Shown here piece after piece: positions 29,916 through 39,482 of a stretch of 64,000 nucleotides of DNA (its first letter is position 1; every line of letters starts with the position of its first letter). This stretch comes from Parcubacteria bacterium C7867-001 (GTDB lineage: Bacteria > Patescibacteriota > Minisyncoccia > Phycocordibacterales > Phycocordibacteraceae): contig LFCK01000004.1 in the NCBI GenBank assembly GCA_001189095.1, positions 5,674 to 69,673 of the forward strand, in the 5' to 3' direction. A program made the position numbers and the translations under genes. The notes beneath the pieces are model-generated. The model worked only from the letters and a program-made list of their open reading frames with translations, was not told the DNA's origin and searched no databases.

Positions 29916-31715
29916 ATGACTAGCCAGATACGCAATTTTTCAATTATCGCTCACATCGATCACGGGAAGTCGACTTTAGCCGACCGTCTTTTGGAGCGCA
30001 CGGGCACCATCGAAGCGCGCAAGATGCGCGATCAGGTGCTCGACAAGATGGACCTCGAGCGCGAGCGCGGCATCACGATTAAGATGCAGCCGGCGCGCAT
30101 GAAGTACAAAGCGAACGACGGTAACGAATATATTTTGAATCTCATCGACACTCCGGGCCATATTGATTTTGCCTACGAAGTTTCTCGCGCGCTCACCGCA
30201 GTCGAAGGCGTGCTGTTGCTCGTCGATTCGACTCAGGGTGTGCAGGCTCAGACGCTCACTACGCTCTCGATGGCACGGGACGCGGGCTGCACCATCATTC
30301 CGGTCATTTCTAAAATTGATGCGCCAGCTTCGCGTCCGGAGGAAGTGAAGGCAGAGCTCGCAAAGCTTCTTTCGGTATCGGCAGATTCGGTGCTTGCCGT
30401 CTCCGGACGCACCGGAGCGGGTGTTGAGGAATTGCTGCAGGCAATCGTTGACCGCGTTCCTGCACCAGAGAAGGGAGGTACCGAGCCTCGCGCGGGCATT
30501 TTCGATTTTTCGTATTCAACGCATCGTGGTGTCGCGGTGTATGTGCGCGTGTTTGATGGTGTGTTCAAGAAAGGGGACGCATTAACCTTTAGTGCGGCAG
30601 GGAAGAAGTTTGTATCGCTCGATAACGGCATCTTTACTCCAGATGAGACGCCGACTGAAAGTCTTTCGTCCGGAGAAATCGGCTACATCGTGACGGGAAT
30701 TAAGGAGCCGGGTGTTGTTGCGGTCGGCGATACGATTCTCTCTGAGCGCGGCACACTCCCACCACTTGCTGGCTTCGAGCGCCCACGTCCGGTCGTCTGG
30801 GCCTCGGTGTACCCCGAGAGTCAGGACAGTTTGAATGATCTTAAGCAGGCGCTCGAGCGGCTCCGACTTACCGATTCCTCACTTTCCTTTGAAGAGGAAA
30901 GTTCGGGCGTGCTCGGGCGTGGATTTCGCTGCGGATTCCTCGGCATGCTTCATCTTGAAATAGTTACCGAACGGCTTCGTCGTGAATTTACGCTTTCCCT
31001 TGTGGTAACCATACCAACCATCGAATACGTGGTTACGGATACGCACGGAAAGCGTGAGCGTATATATACGCCGTCCAAGTTTCCGGCTTTTGGTGACATC
31101 GAATCCATTGAAGAACCGTGGGCGAAGATAATCCTCATTACGCCCCCCGACTCTCTCTCGGGTCTTCTCCAACTGCTTCATGAGCATGAGGCGAATGTGG
31201 GGGACACACATGCGTATGCCGACGGCCGCATCGAGCTTTCGGCCGAAATGCCGCTACGCGAACTCATGCGCGGCTTCTTCGACCGCGTGAAGAACGTTTC
31301 AAGCGGATACGCTTCGCTTTCCTATGAACTCCTTACGGAGCGTCCGGCGGACGTCGTGCGCCTCGACATCCTTGTTGCCGAAGAGGAGGTTCCAGCATTC
31401 GCGCGCGTCGTGAGCCGTCGCCGAGTTCAAGAAGAAGGCGAGCGCATGGTGGAGAAATTGCACGGCATTCTTCCGAAGCAGCTTATGGTAACGAAGATTC
31501 AGGCGCAGGCGCTCGGTCGCATTCTCTCGAGTCGTACGCTCTCCGCCATGCGTAAAGACGTGACGGGCTATCTCTACGGCGGCGACGTCTCCCGCAAGAA
31601 TAAGCTCCTGCAGAAGCAGAAGAAGGGAAAGAAGCATCGCGCGCAGTTCTCGAAGAATCGCGTGGATATTCCGGAAGATGTCTTCATGAAAATGGTGCAG
31701 GAGTCAGAGCGTTAA
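29916..31715 (+). CDS. lepA: Elongation factor 4 (LepA)
   Basis: IRNFSIIAHIDHGKSTLADRLL G-domain and the LepA C-terminal domain. Confidence 0.95.
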   Translation: MTSQIRNFSIIAHIDHGKSTLADRLLERTGTIEARKMRDQVLDKMDLERERGITIKMQPARMKYKANDGNEYILNLIDTPGHIDFAYEVSRALTAVEGVLLLVDSTQGVQAQTLTTLSMARDAGCTIIPVISKIDAPASRPEEVKAELAKLLSVSADSVLAVSGRTGAGVEELLQAIVDRVPAPEKGGTEPRAGIFDFSYSTHRGVAVYVRVFDGVFKKGDALTFSAAGKKFVSLDNGIFTPDETPTESLSSGEIGYIVTGIKEPGVVAVGDTILSERGTLPPLAGFERPRPVVWASVYPESQDSLNDLKQALERLRLTDSSLSFEEESSGVLGRGFRCGFLGMLHLEIVTERLRREFTLSLVVTIPTIEYVVTDTHGKRERIYTPSKFPAFGDIESIEEPWAKIILITPPDSLSGLLQLLHEHEANVGDTHAYADGRIELSAEMPLRELMRGFFDRVKNVSSGYASLSYELLTERPADVVRLDILVAEEEVPAFARVVSRRRVQEEGERMVEKLHGILPKQLMVTKIQAQALGRILSSRTLSAMRKDVTGYLYGGDVSRKNKLLQKQKKGKKHRAQFSKNRVDIPEDVFMKMVQESER

Positions 31716-31920
31716 AAGCGCTCGGACAGAGTTCTGCCGGACAAAGAGTCGTTCTCTGCACCGAAACCAACGTAGCTCAGTACGAAAAATCGGAAAACTC
31801 GCTACGCTCAAACAGTTCCGATTTTTCTATTCGCTTTACGCTGGTTACGGCGCCTCCACTCCAAGGTCCGGCAGAACTCCATCCTCGCTTAGGGGATGAG
31901 TAGAAAGGTATAATCGGAGG

Positions 31921-32274
31921 ATGAACCGACGTCGTCGAGTCACCATGCGCGAATACCTTATCGTGGGTGTTTTGAGCGTGCTGGTGTTGGGGCTCCTCAT
32001 TCAGATCTGGAGCATCGGCACTAAGGAAGAAATAGCACGTCATGCCGCGGACGACGCTAAACGCCAGCTGGTCGCCCTTACGAAGCAACAAGAAGAACTC
32101 AAAGGGAATCTTGATGAGCTCGCAACCAAGCGCGGGGAAGAGGCGACACTGCGGGCTACCTACGGCGTTGCGAAGCCCGGTGAAGAGGTTATTATCGTCG
32201 TACCACCGTCAGACGTAAGCGCGACTTCGACGGCGTCATGGTGGCAGCAGCTTCTGGGCTTCTTTAAATTCTAG
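31921..32274 (+). CDS. Septum-formation-initiator (FtsB/DivIC-like) protein
   Basis: Single TM then coiled coil, about 100 aa. Confidence 0.45.
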   Translation: MNRRRRVTMREYLIVGVLSVLVLGLLIQIWSIGTKEEIARHAADDAKRQLVALTKQQEELKGNLDELATKRGEEATLRATYGVAKPGEEVIIVVPPSDVSATSTASWWQQLLGFFKF

Positions 32275-32316
32275 CGGGTATAGTTTAGTGGTAGAACTTT
32301 CGGTCAGAGAAAAAGT

Positions 32317-32387
32317 GCGGGATTGGTTTAGTGGCAGGACGCGACCTTCCCAAGGTTGAGGCACGAGTTCGATTCTCGTATCCCGCA
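32317..32387 (+). tRNA. tRNA-Gly (anticodon CCC)
   Basis: Acceptor gcgggat/atcccgc; anticodon loop ttCCCaa; T-arm acgag-ttcgatt-ctcgt; D-stem pairing is atypical. Confidence 0.7.
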
Positions 32388-32569
32388 CTTTTTCCCCGTA
32401 CCGATGAATTGGGTCCCACCCCAATCCATTTCCCAAGCACCAAGTAGGGGTTCGATTCTCCTATCCCGCACCCTTTTTGTTTAAATTCCTAAGGCACCTC
32501 GACTCCTCTTTACTTAATAGAATAATTATTCTATTATTTTTAGTAGTCACCAGAACTGGAGTGAAATTG

Positions 32570-32794
32570 ATGTTGAAGAAGTTGTTAGAAAATACCGCTT
32601 TTTGGGCAGTGCTCGTCGTTGTCTTTAGCGCTGCGGAAGCTGGGCTCGCTGTATATTTCGAACAAACGAACTATACCGCTGACTGGACCCTCATTCCGGT
32701 GTCGGTTTGCGGGCTTATCGCGGTTGGTTCGGTTATTCGGGCCACACTGCTCACCGAGCGCAAACTCAGTCGCGCAGGACAGAAAATCGGTTAA
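32570..32794 (+). CDS. Small membrane protein
   Basis: 2 TM helices; alternative upstream start at 32477. Confidence 0.35.
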   Translation: MLKKLLENTAFWAVLVVVFSAAEAGLAVYFEQTNYTADWTLIPVSVCGLIAVGSVIRATLLTERKLSRAGQKIG

Positions 32795-32900
32795 CACGAA
32801 CGAGCGCCCAGTACTTACTGGGCGCTCGAATTGTTTTAGACATATATGCATCGTAGGACCGGAGTACCTGTTGATAACTGAAATGGTATAATTTCGGGAT

Positions 32901-33164
32901 ATGGAACCCACAAAGAAGAACGTTCAGATTTACACGACCCCGACGTGCCACTTCTGCCAGATGAGCAAGGAGTACTTCAAGGAGCACGGCGTTGAGTACA
33001 GCGAGCATAACGTTGCCGCAGACCTCTCTAAGCGTCAGGAGATGATCGACAAGAGCGGTCAGATGGGTGTGCCGGTCATCCTCGTCGATAACGAGATGAT
33101 CATCGGTTTTGATAAGAGGAAGCTCGATTCCTTGTTCGCTCCGGCACCCGCTCCGGCTGCGTAA
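32901..33164 (+). CDS. Glutaredoxin-like (NrdH/Grx) thioredoxin-fold protein
   Basis: CHFC redox motif near the N-terminus, about 87 aa. Confidence 0.8.
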   Translation: MEPTKKNVQIYTTPTCHFCQMSKEYFKEHGVEYSEHNVAADLSKRQEMIDKSGQMGVPVILVDNEMIIGFDKRKLDSLFAPAPAPAA

Positions 33165-33232
33165 TCTCCTCTCCTACGGAAACCGCGCGGGATCTCGTGT
33201 CCTGCGCGGTTTTCATGCTAGTCTCTTTCCAC

Positions 33233-33304
33233 GCCCCGATAGTTCAATGGATAGAACCCCTCACTCCTAACGAGGAAATCCATGTTCGACTCATGGTCGG
33301 GGCA
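33233..33304 (+). tRNA. tRNA-Arg (anticodon CCT)
   Basis: Acceptor gccccga/tcggggc; anticodon loop ctCCTaa. Confidence 0.75.
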
Positions 33305-33330
33305 CTCGCGTAGCATGTATACTGAAGAGC

Positions 33331-33597
33331 ATGCAAACACAGACAGATTACCTGTCGCTCGGCGACCAGATAAAGCACCTCACGCAGCTTACGGAGGAAA
33401 ATAATAAGCTACTAAAAGCAATGCGTCGCGATAAGTGGATTGCCCTCATCGTGAACATCGTGTTCTGGGGCGTCCTGTTCTACTTCTCCTATGTCCTCAC
33501 GATGCAGTTCATGGGCCCGCTCATGAGCCAAATGGGCTCGGGCTCGGCTGACTTCCAGAACCTCATTCAGCAATATCAAAGCCAGCTCGGCAAATAA
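33331..33597 (+). CDS. Hypothetical small protein with one TM helix
   Basis: ORF followed by the terminator at 33597-33624. Confidence 0.4.
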   Translation: MQTQTDYLSLGDQIKHLTQLTEENNKLLKAMRRDKWIALIVNIVFWGVLFYFSYVLTMQFMGPLMSQMGSGSADFQNLIQQYQSQLGK

Positions 33598-33634
33598 CAA
33601 AAAGCGGCCGTAGGCCGCTTTTTGTTATTTTCGG

Positions 33635-33707
33635 TGCTTGGACCCGGGCTCGAACCGGGGACCCCTTCCTCTTCAGGGAAGTGCTCTACCAACTGAGCTA
33701 TCCAAGC
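33635..33707 (-). tRNA. tRNA-Phe (anticodon GAA)
   Basis: Reverse complement gives gcttgga...ctGAAga...tccaagc. Confidence 0.8.
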
Positions 33708-33878
33708 AACTGCGCTATCCTACCACAAACCCGTTCTCGCGTGCAGTCTTGACGAGAAACTCCTGTAATCGATGAGATGCAAGGCGCGGAGCTAAGACTT
33801 CTCGACGCGTATCAAGCATACGAAGAGAGAAGTCGGGAGGCTCCGCAACGAAGCAGATCGCGATTACCGGAGTTTCTT

Positions 33879-34388
33879 CTAGCCCGCTTTGACGCGGAGT
33901 TTCGTCTGGCGAGTACGATCAAGCTTCGGAAGGGTAATGCTCAAAAGGCCATCCTTGCACGAGGCAACTGAATTATCGACGTCGATTTCCTGAGGAAGCA
34001 GTACGGTGCGGGTGAAGCTGCCCCAGAAGAGTTCCTGGCTGAAGTAGTCAGGGCCGGAGATGCGTTCGCGCTCTTCGCGCGAACCTTCAATGACGACCAT
34101 ATCGCGGCTGATAGAAACATTCAGTTCGTCCGGGCGGACGCCTGCGACAAAGGAGCGAATGATGATTTCATTCTGCGTCTGGTACACGTCTACCGGAAGC
34201 TGTCCTTCTGCAGCCTGCGGCTCTTCTTCGTGCACCATTGGCTGCGGCGCGGCCGCCTGCTGGTTCAAGGAGAGCTTCTTCACACCACCTTCACGCTTGG
34301 GAGCGGCGACCTCTTCGTCGAACGAATCGTATTCGTCCGAAAGGGGGACGGCACCTGAAATGCGCTGGAAGAACGAGCCTTTTTTCAT
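33879..34388 (-). CDS. Hsp20 / alpha-crystallin small heat-shock protein
   Basis: ACD core (…DVYQTQNEIIIRSFVAGVRPDELNVSISRDMVVIEGSR…). Confidence 0.8.
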   Translation of the reverse strand: MKKGSFFQRISGAVPLSDEYDSFDEEVAAPKREGGVKKLSLNQQAAAPQPMVHEEEPQAAEGQLPVDVYQTQNEIIIRSFVAGVRPDELNVSISRDMVVIEGSREERERISGPDYFSQELFWGSFTRTVLLPQEIDVDNSVASCKDGLLSITLPKLDRTRQTKLRVKAG

Positions 34389-34412
34389 GGTAATGAGGGG
34401 ATAAGGGGGTGG

Positions 34413-35123
34413 TTAACAAACGTTTCTCGGGGCGTTTTGATACTGAATGAATTTTAGTACCTCAAACACCGCAAGGAACACGACGGTACCGGTCCAGACG
34501 ACAAAGAACGAGAGGAGTGTCGCGGAACCGCTCGCATTAATTATAAAAAAGTTGAAGAGGGCATGCAATGCGATCGCAAGGATAAGTCCTATCGATGCGG
34601 TTATCGCGCGAGCGCGCGGGGACCATGTGTAGGAGAAGGCGAGCGCAAAGCCGATCGTCGCCGAGGCGATTGCATGGAGAAGGGTCGAGCCGATGAAGCG
34701 GAGATTATCGGTGGCGATGCCGGCGAGGAACTGTCCCTGCGAGAATGGCTGTATGAGGAAGAGGGTGTTCTCGAGTGCCGCGAATCCAAGAGCAACGGTG
34801 AGCATGTAAATGACGAGGTCGAGGGATTCGTTTACCTGCTTCCTCCAGAGAATGACGAGCGCAGCGAGTCCGTATTTTACCGTCTCTTCGATAGTCGCCC
34901 ACGCAATGATGGTGCCGAGAGTGCCCTCACCAAGCTTTTGAATGGCATAGCTTTCAAGTGGCAGCACGATGGGCACGGCAATCATGCCCGTTATGAAGGC
35001 AAGGCCAACAAGCCAGCGCGGCTCAGGGCAACGGGAGTCTTCCTTATTCATGAAGTAGAGCCACACCAGCGGCGGAAGAATTCCGCCTACAAGCGCGTAC
35101 CCTATGCTCTCAAGGAGAGGCAT
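34413..35123 (-). CDS. PrsW-family intramembrane metalloprotease
   Basis: EExxK-like (ATIEETVKYG), FAALEN and LLHAIAS motifs on TM helices. Confidence 0.55.
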   Translation of the reverse strand: MPLLESIGYALVGGILPPLVWLYFMNKEDSRCPEPRWLVGLAFITGMIAVPIVLPLESYAIQKLGEGTLGTIIAWATIEETVKYGLAALVILWRKQVNESLDLVIYMLTVALGFAALENTLFLIQPFSQGQFLAGIATDNLRFIGSTLLHAIASATIGFALAFSYTWSPRARAITASIGLILAIALHALFNFFIINASGSATLLSFFVVWTGTVVFLAVFEVLKFIQYQNAPRNVC

Positions 35124-37224
35124 GCGTTCCCGTTGGCCAGCTGGTAATCATAAGTAGGTTGGAGCGATCAGGCATCGAAGACCAAATCTCTTCTGTAATG
35201 AACGGCATGAAAGGGTGCAGAAGTTTCAGAATGTCCGCAAGGGCGACACGCAAAAACTTCTGGCGTGACTGTTTAGCGTCAAGGTTCTCACCGTTCAGTA
35301 TCGGCTTCGACTCCTCTAGGATAGCATCCGCAAGTCGGTTCCATGTGTAGTGATACAGCTTCTCAGCGGCGAGATAGAAGCGGTACTCTTCGAGGTCCTT
35401 GGTAACGTCTTCCGCAAGTTCGAAAAACTCAGCGTGGAGCGCTTGGTCGGCGTCCGCGAATTCCACCGACATATCTGCGTCTTCCGTATTTTCAAGAATG
35501 AAGCGGGAAATGTTCCAGAGTTTGTTTGCGAAGTGCTTGTAGCCCTTCACTTTATCCTCGCGCATCGCGAGGTCGGTCCCCGGCGTGTTGCCGACGACAA
35601 GCGCCATACGAAGAGCGTCGGTACCGTATTTATCGGTGAGGTCGAGCGGCGCAATCACATTGCCTTTCGATTTACTCATCTTCTTGCCATTTGCGTCGTT
35701 CACAAGGCCATGGAGATAGACGGTATGGAAAGGAACTTCGTTCGTCAGGTAGAGACTGAAGCAGAGCATGCGTGCGACCCAGAAGAAAAGGATGTCGTGC
35801 GCTGTTTCCATCACTGAGGTGGGGAAGTGTGTCGCAAAATCGGTTCCGTCAGGATAACCAGTCGTCATCAAAGGCCACTGGCCTGAGGAGAACCACGTGT
35901 CGAAGGTGTCGGTGTCTTGCGTCCATCCTTCTCCGGGGCTCTGGGCACTCGCAACCCATTCGCCGTCCTTCTCCCATGCAGGAATGGGGATGCCCCAAAT
36001 GATTTGGCGGCTGATGTTCCAGTCGAGCGTATTTTCCATCCAGTTGCGGAAGATCTTTGCCTCATGGTCAGGGATGAAGCGAACACGCCCGGAGTTTGCC
36101 GCCTCAAGTGCGCGTTCAGCAAGTGGTGCCATCTTTACGAACCACTGATCCTTTATCTGCGGCTCGATCATTGTGTTGCACTTGTAGCAGCGCTTTACGA
36201 CGTTCTTATAGCTCTCATCAGTTTTTGCAAGGAGTCCTTTTGCATTGAGTTTCTCCACTATCTTCGCGCGCGCGTCCGTAATCTTCATTCCTTCGAATTC
36301 GCCCGCGATAGGGAGGAGTTTTCCGCGCCAGTCGATAATCTGCTCGATGTCGAGGTTGTGACGCTTCGCGATTTCAAAGTCTATTTGGGAGTGCCATGGT
36401 GTAATGGTCATCACGCCCGTTCCAAACTCCATGTCGACTGCTTCGTCCTTGATGACGGTCGCGGTGATTGGGCCGTTGATCCACTCAAGGTCGAGCTGCT
36501 GGCCGTGCACGTACTCTTTGTAGCGCGGGTCCTCGGGGTGCATTACGACGTACTTGTCGCCAAACTTTGTCTCGGGACGCACGGTACCGATAGTGAACGG
36601 TCCGTACTTAAAGTAATAGAAAGGGGTCGTCTCTTCGACGCTCTCGGTTTCAATATCGGAAAGGGAGGTCTGGTGCTTCGGACACCAGTTGATGGTGCGT
36701 TGACCGCGATAGATGAGGCCGTCGCCAAACATCTTCACAAACGTCTTTTGTACCCGCTCCACCACATCCGGATCAAGGGTGAATTTCTCGCGCGACCAGT
36801 CACAGGACGCTCCGAGCTTCCGCACCTGATCCTCCATATTCTTCTTGTTGCTCTGCGTGAATTCGAAAATTTCCTTGTAGAGGTCTTTTGGGTCCATGGA
36901 GAAGCGTGAACGACCTTCCTTCTCAAGAATGCGTTCATAGACAACTTGAGTTTCAAAGCCTGCGTGGTCGGCACCGGGGATCCAGAGCGCGCGCTTCCCG
37001 CGCATACGAGCGAAGCGGGTAAGAATATCCTGCACGGTAGTGCCAAGCGCGTGGCCGACATGGAGATTGCCGTTGGCGTTTGGTGGGGGCATCACGATAG
37101 TGAACGGCTCGCCGTTCTTTTGGGGGAGGTTATCCGGATTGAAGTAGCCGCTCTCTTCCCACTCCTTATATATGCGGGGTTCGGTCTCAGAGGGCTGATA
37201 CGGCTTGAGGAATTTAGCGTCCAT
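35110..37224 (-). CDS. valS: Valine--tRNA ligase (compact form)
   Basis: HIGH-type HVGH, KMSKS, WNISRQIIWGIPIPAW and TDALR motifs. Confidence 0.75.
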   Translation of the reverse strand: MDAKFLKPYQPSETEPRIYKEWEESGYFNPDNLPQKNGEPFTIVMPPPNANGNLHVGHALGTTVQDILTRFARMRGKRALWIPGADHAGFETQVVYERILEKEGRSRFSMDPKDLYKEIFEFTQSNKKNMEDQVRKLGASCDWSREKFTLDPDVVERVQKTFVKMFGDGLIYRGQRTINWCPKHQTSLSDIETESVEETTPFYYFKYGPFTIGTVRPETKFGDKYVVMHPEDPRYKEYVHGQQLDLEWINGPITATVIKDEAVDMEFGTGVMTITPWHSQIDFEIAKRHNLDIEQIIDWRGKLLPIAGEFEGMKITDARAKIVEKLNAKGLLAKTDESYKNVVKRCYKCNTMIEPQIKDQWFVKMAPLAERALEAANSGRVRFIPDHEAKIFRNWMENTLDWNISRQIIWGIPIPAWEKDGEWVASAQSPGEGWTQDTDTFDTWFSSGQWPLMTTGYPDGTDFATHFPTSVMETAHDILFFWVARMLCFSLYLTNEVPFHTVYLHGLVNDANGKKMSKSKGNVIAPLDLTDKYGTDALRMALVVGNTPGTDLAMREDKVKGYKHFANKLWNISRFILENTEDADMSVEFADADQALHAEFFELAEDVTKDLEEYRFYLAAEKLYHYTWNRLADAILEESKPILNGENLDAKQSRQKFLRVALADILKLLHPFMPFITEEIWSSMPDRSNLLMITSWPTGTHASP

Positions 37225-37274
37225 TCAAAAAATATAGCAGATACGGGCTTTTTTCGGCATTGCTAAGGGGTCTA

Positions 37275-37303
37275 TTGACTAATAGACCACAAAATGTTAC
37301 AAT
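37275..37303 (+). promoter_or_regulatory. Consensus sigma70 promoter (TTGACT - 17 nt - TACAAT) overlapped by a 7-bp inverted repeat gtctatt/aatagac
   Basis: Seen upstream of the 37351 gene. Confidence 0.5.
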
Positions 37304-37350
37304 GCAGTTTGAGTCGGCATAGGGCCGATTCTGTTCAGTGGGAGAAAGCG

Positions 37351-37887
37351 ATGACTTCATCGCGAACGCGTGATGTGTTACGGAAAACGTCCCGTGTAAG
37401 GGACGTCAACGACGACACGGATGAAAATGTTCCGTTCGTTCCCCGAGGCGCCGTCGTCGAGCGATTGACGATCTGGGGCGCTGAAAACGCTCCGACCTTC
37501 CTGATGACCATTCCGGAGGGCGCGCTTCTGCGCGAGACGGATCATGCTGGCGTGTACCTTGAGTGGTCCACCGCCGGCGTCCAATTCTTCCTGCGCGCGG
37601 ATAATCCGGAAGCCTTCGCAGGCAAACGGGTTCGCGTGCGCGGCGAGATCAACGAGAAGCGGTACGAGAACGGCGACATCAGCCTCTATCTCGACTTCTT
37701 CGATCCTGTCGACTTCGTCAACGACGGCACGACGCAGCCCACCCATGACGTGGTGGTGCACAATCGTGCCGATCAGATGCGCCGCGCGCCGCCGGTGTTT
37801 TCGGTTCCCATCCCAGGGATGCCGGGCGCCATCGCGGTGTATGACCATGTGGTCAGCGCCTACAAACAGAAGAGCGGGGCAGCGTAG
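37351..37887 (+). CDS. Hypothetical protein
   Basis: ORF with GGAGA RBS; terminator at 37921-37950. Confidence 0.45.
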   Translation: MTSSRTRDVLRKTSRVRDVNDDTDENVPFVPRGAVVERLTIWGAENAPTFLMTIPEGALLRETDHAGVYLEWSTAGVQFFLRADNPEAFAGKRVRVRGEINEKRYENGDISLYLDFFDPVDFVNDGTTQPTHDVVVHNRADQMRRAPPVFSVPIPGMPGAIAVYDHVVSAYKQKSGAA

Positions 37888-38018
37888 AACATACGCGCGT
37901 AAGCCCCGCAAAACCTTAACGGGCCGCCCTTCGGGCGGCCCGTTTTTCATACCTATCCTCTTGCGAACATGCCGGTTGCGGTACATAGTCTCGGAAGGTC
38001 AGGACAAAGGAGAAATAC

Positions 38019-38267
38019 ATGGCCGACGGCATCGTCGAAACATGGCTTGAAAATCACGTCGTGCTGAAGATTGGGGGTCGTCTCGTGCAAGTGCCGAAAG
38101 CGGCACTTACGAAAAAGGGCGACCGCTACATCCTTTCGCCGGACGCGCGAATTGAGCATATCTTTCCGCCAAGGAAAGAACCTGATGTCGATATTGTCGA
38201 GGTTCCCGAGGAATTCGGGCGTCGACTTTCGGAATATCTCGCCGGCACGAACGTGTCTGCGGCATGA
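38019..38267 (+). CDS. Hypothetical small protein
   Basis: 82-aa ORF. Confidence 0.35.
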   Translation: MADGIVETWLENHVVLKIGGRLVQVPKAALTKKGDRYILSPDARIEHIFPPRKEPDVDIVEVPEEFGRRLSEYLAGTNVSAA

Positions 38268-38306
38268 AATGGGCCGGAATCGCAGAGCGATTCCGGCCTC
38301 GTTCGT

Positions 38307-39482
38307 TTATGCCGAGAGCGAAAGATTGCCGTCGGCGCGCAGGGTGGCGATGTCAGCGAATTGCTTTTTCAGTGCACGGAAGTAGCCGGCGACGCCGATC
38401 ATAATGGCATTGTCGCCAGTGAGCGACGCTCTCGGTATGAAGAGCGAGACGTCAGGACGTTCATCACGGAGTTTATCGGTGAAGACGCGGCGTATGTGCG
38501 TATTTGCGGACACACCACCACCGATGATAAGAGCCCGAGCGCCAGTTTCTTCAAGTGCGCGCAGTGTTTTTGCATACAGTACATCTGCCGCGGCATCTTC
38601 AAATGCCATCGAGAGCTGTTCTTTCTGGAGCTCAGAAAGTTCGCCGATTTCTTTTACTTTATAGAGGACGGATGTTTTGAGTCCGCTGAAAGAGAAATCG
38701 CAATTGTCCTCGTGGATCATTGGTCGAGGGAGTTGGAAGGGGTTGGTCGAGGAATCCTCTCGGTGGCGCTCGGCAAGCTTAGAAACTTCAGGACCGCCGG
38801 GATACGGAAGGTCCATCATACGTGCCACCTTATCGAAGGCTTCGCCGACCGCATCGTCTCGTGTCTGCCCGAGCAGCTTATAACTTCCGTCTTCCATGCG
38901 GAGATCAAGCTCAGTGTGTCCGCCTGAAATAAGAAGACCGAGCGTTTTTTCTGGAATGGAAACCGAGAGCGCCCCATCTTTTTCTTCGGCGAGCGCAACG
39001 AGGAAGTGGCCCTCCATATGGTTTACGCCGACGACGGGGATATCCCAAAGGACAGAAAGTGCGCGGGCGAAATTCACGCCGACCCAGAGCGCTGGCTCGA
39101 GTCCTGGTCCGTGCGTCACGGTAATTGCATCGATAGCCGGCTTCTCGCATTCATTTACGAACGCAAAAAATGCACCCGTAAGATCGGGTTCGCGGGAAAG
39201 AATCTCGACGATGCGTTCGTACTTTTCGGGAGAAATAACCTGAGTGTCTTCACGAAGCATTTCGGCCTCTTCGAGTGCGGCCTCCAAGAGCGGGACGAGA
39301 TTTTTTGCGTGTTCGCGCTTAGCGATAGCAGGGAACACGCCACCGTACTCTTTATGGATATCAATTTGAGAAATGAGTGCGTTTCCGAGAACGTTGAAGG
39401 TTGCCCCCGCTTCGTCGCCGTTCGCTTCCAGAACGGCGACCGCCGTTTCATCGCACGAGGTCTCAATCGCGAGGAGTTTCAT
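38307..39482 (-). CDS. tsaD: tRNA N6-adenosine threonylcarbamoyltransferase TsaD
   Basis: Kae1/TsaD motifs IETSCDETAVAV, HMEGH, LLISGGHT. Confidence 0.85.
   Translation of the reverse strand: MKLLAIETSCDETAVAVLEANGDEAGATFNVLGNALISQIDIHKEYGGVFPAIAKREHAKNLVPLLEAALEEAEMLREDTQVISPEKYERIVEILSREPDLTGAFFAFVNECEKPAIDAITVTHGPGLEPALWVGVNFARALSVLWDIPVVGVNHMEGHFLVALAEEKDGALSVSIPEKTLGLLISGGHTELDLRMEDGSYKLLGQTRDDAVGEAFDKVARMMDLPYPGGPEVSKLAERHREDSSTNPFQLPRPMIHEDNCDFSFSGLKTSVLYKVKEIGELSELQKEQLSMAFEDAAADVLYAKTLRALEETGARALIIGGGVSANTHIRRVFTDKLRDERPDVSLFIPRASLTGDNAIMIGVAGYFRALKKQFADIATLRADGNLSLSA

Noticed and set aside
31777-32091. 104-aa minus-strand ORF
   Set aside because: It is antisense to the structured leader and the ftsB-like gene and has no RBS; likely noise
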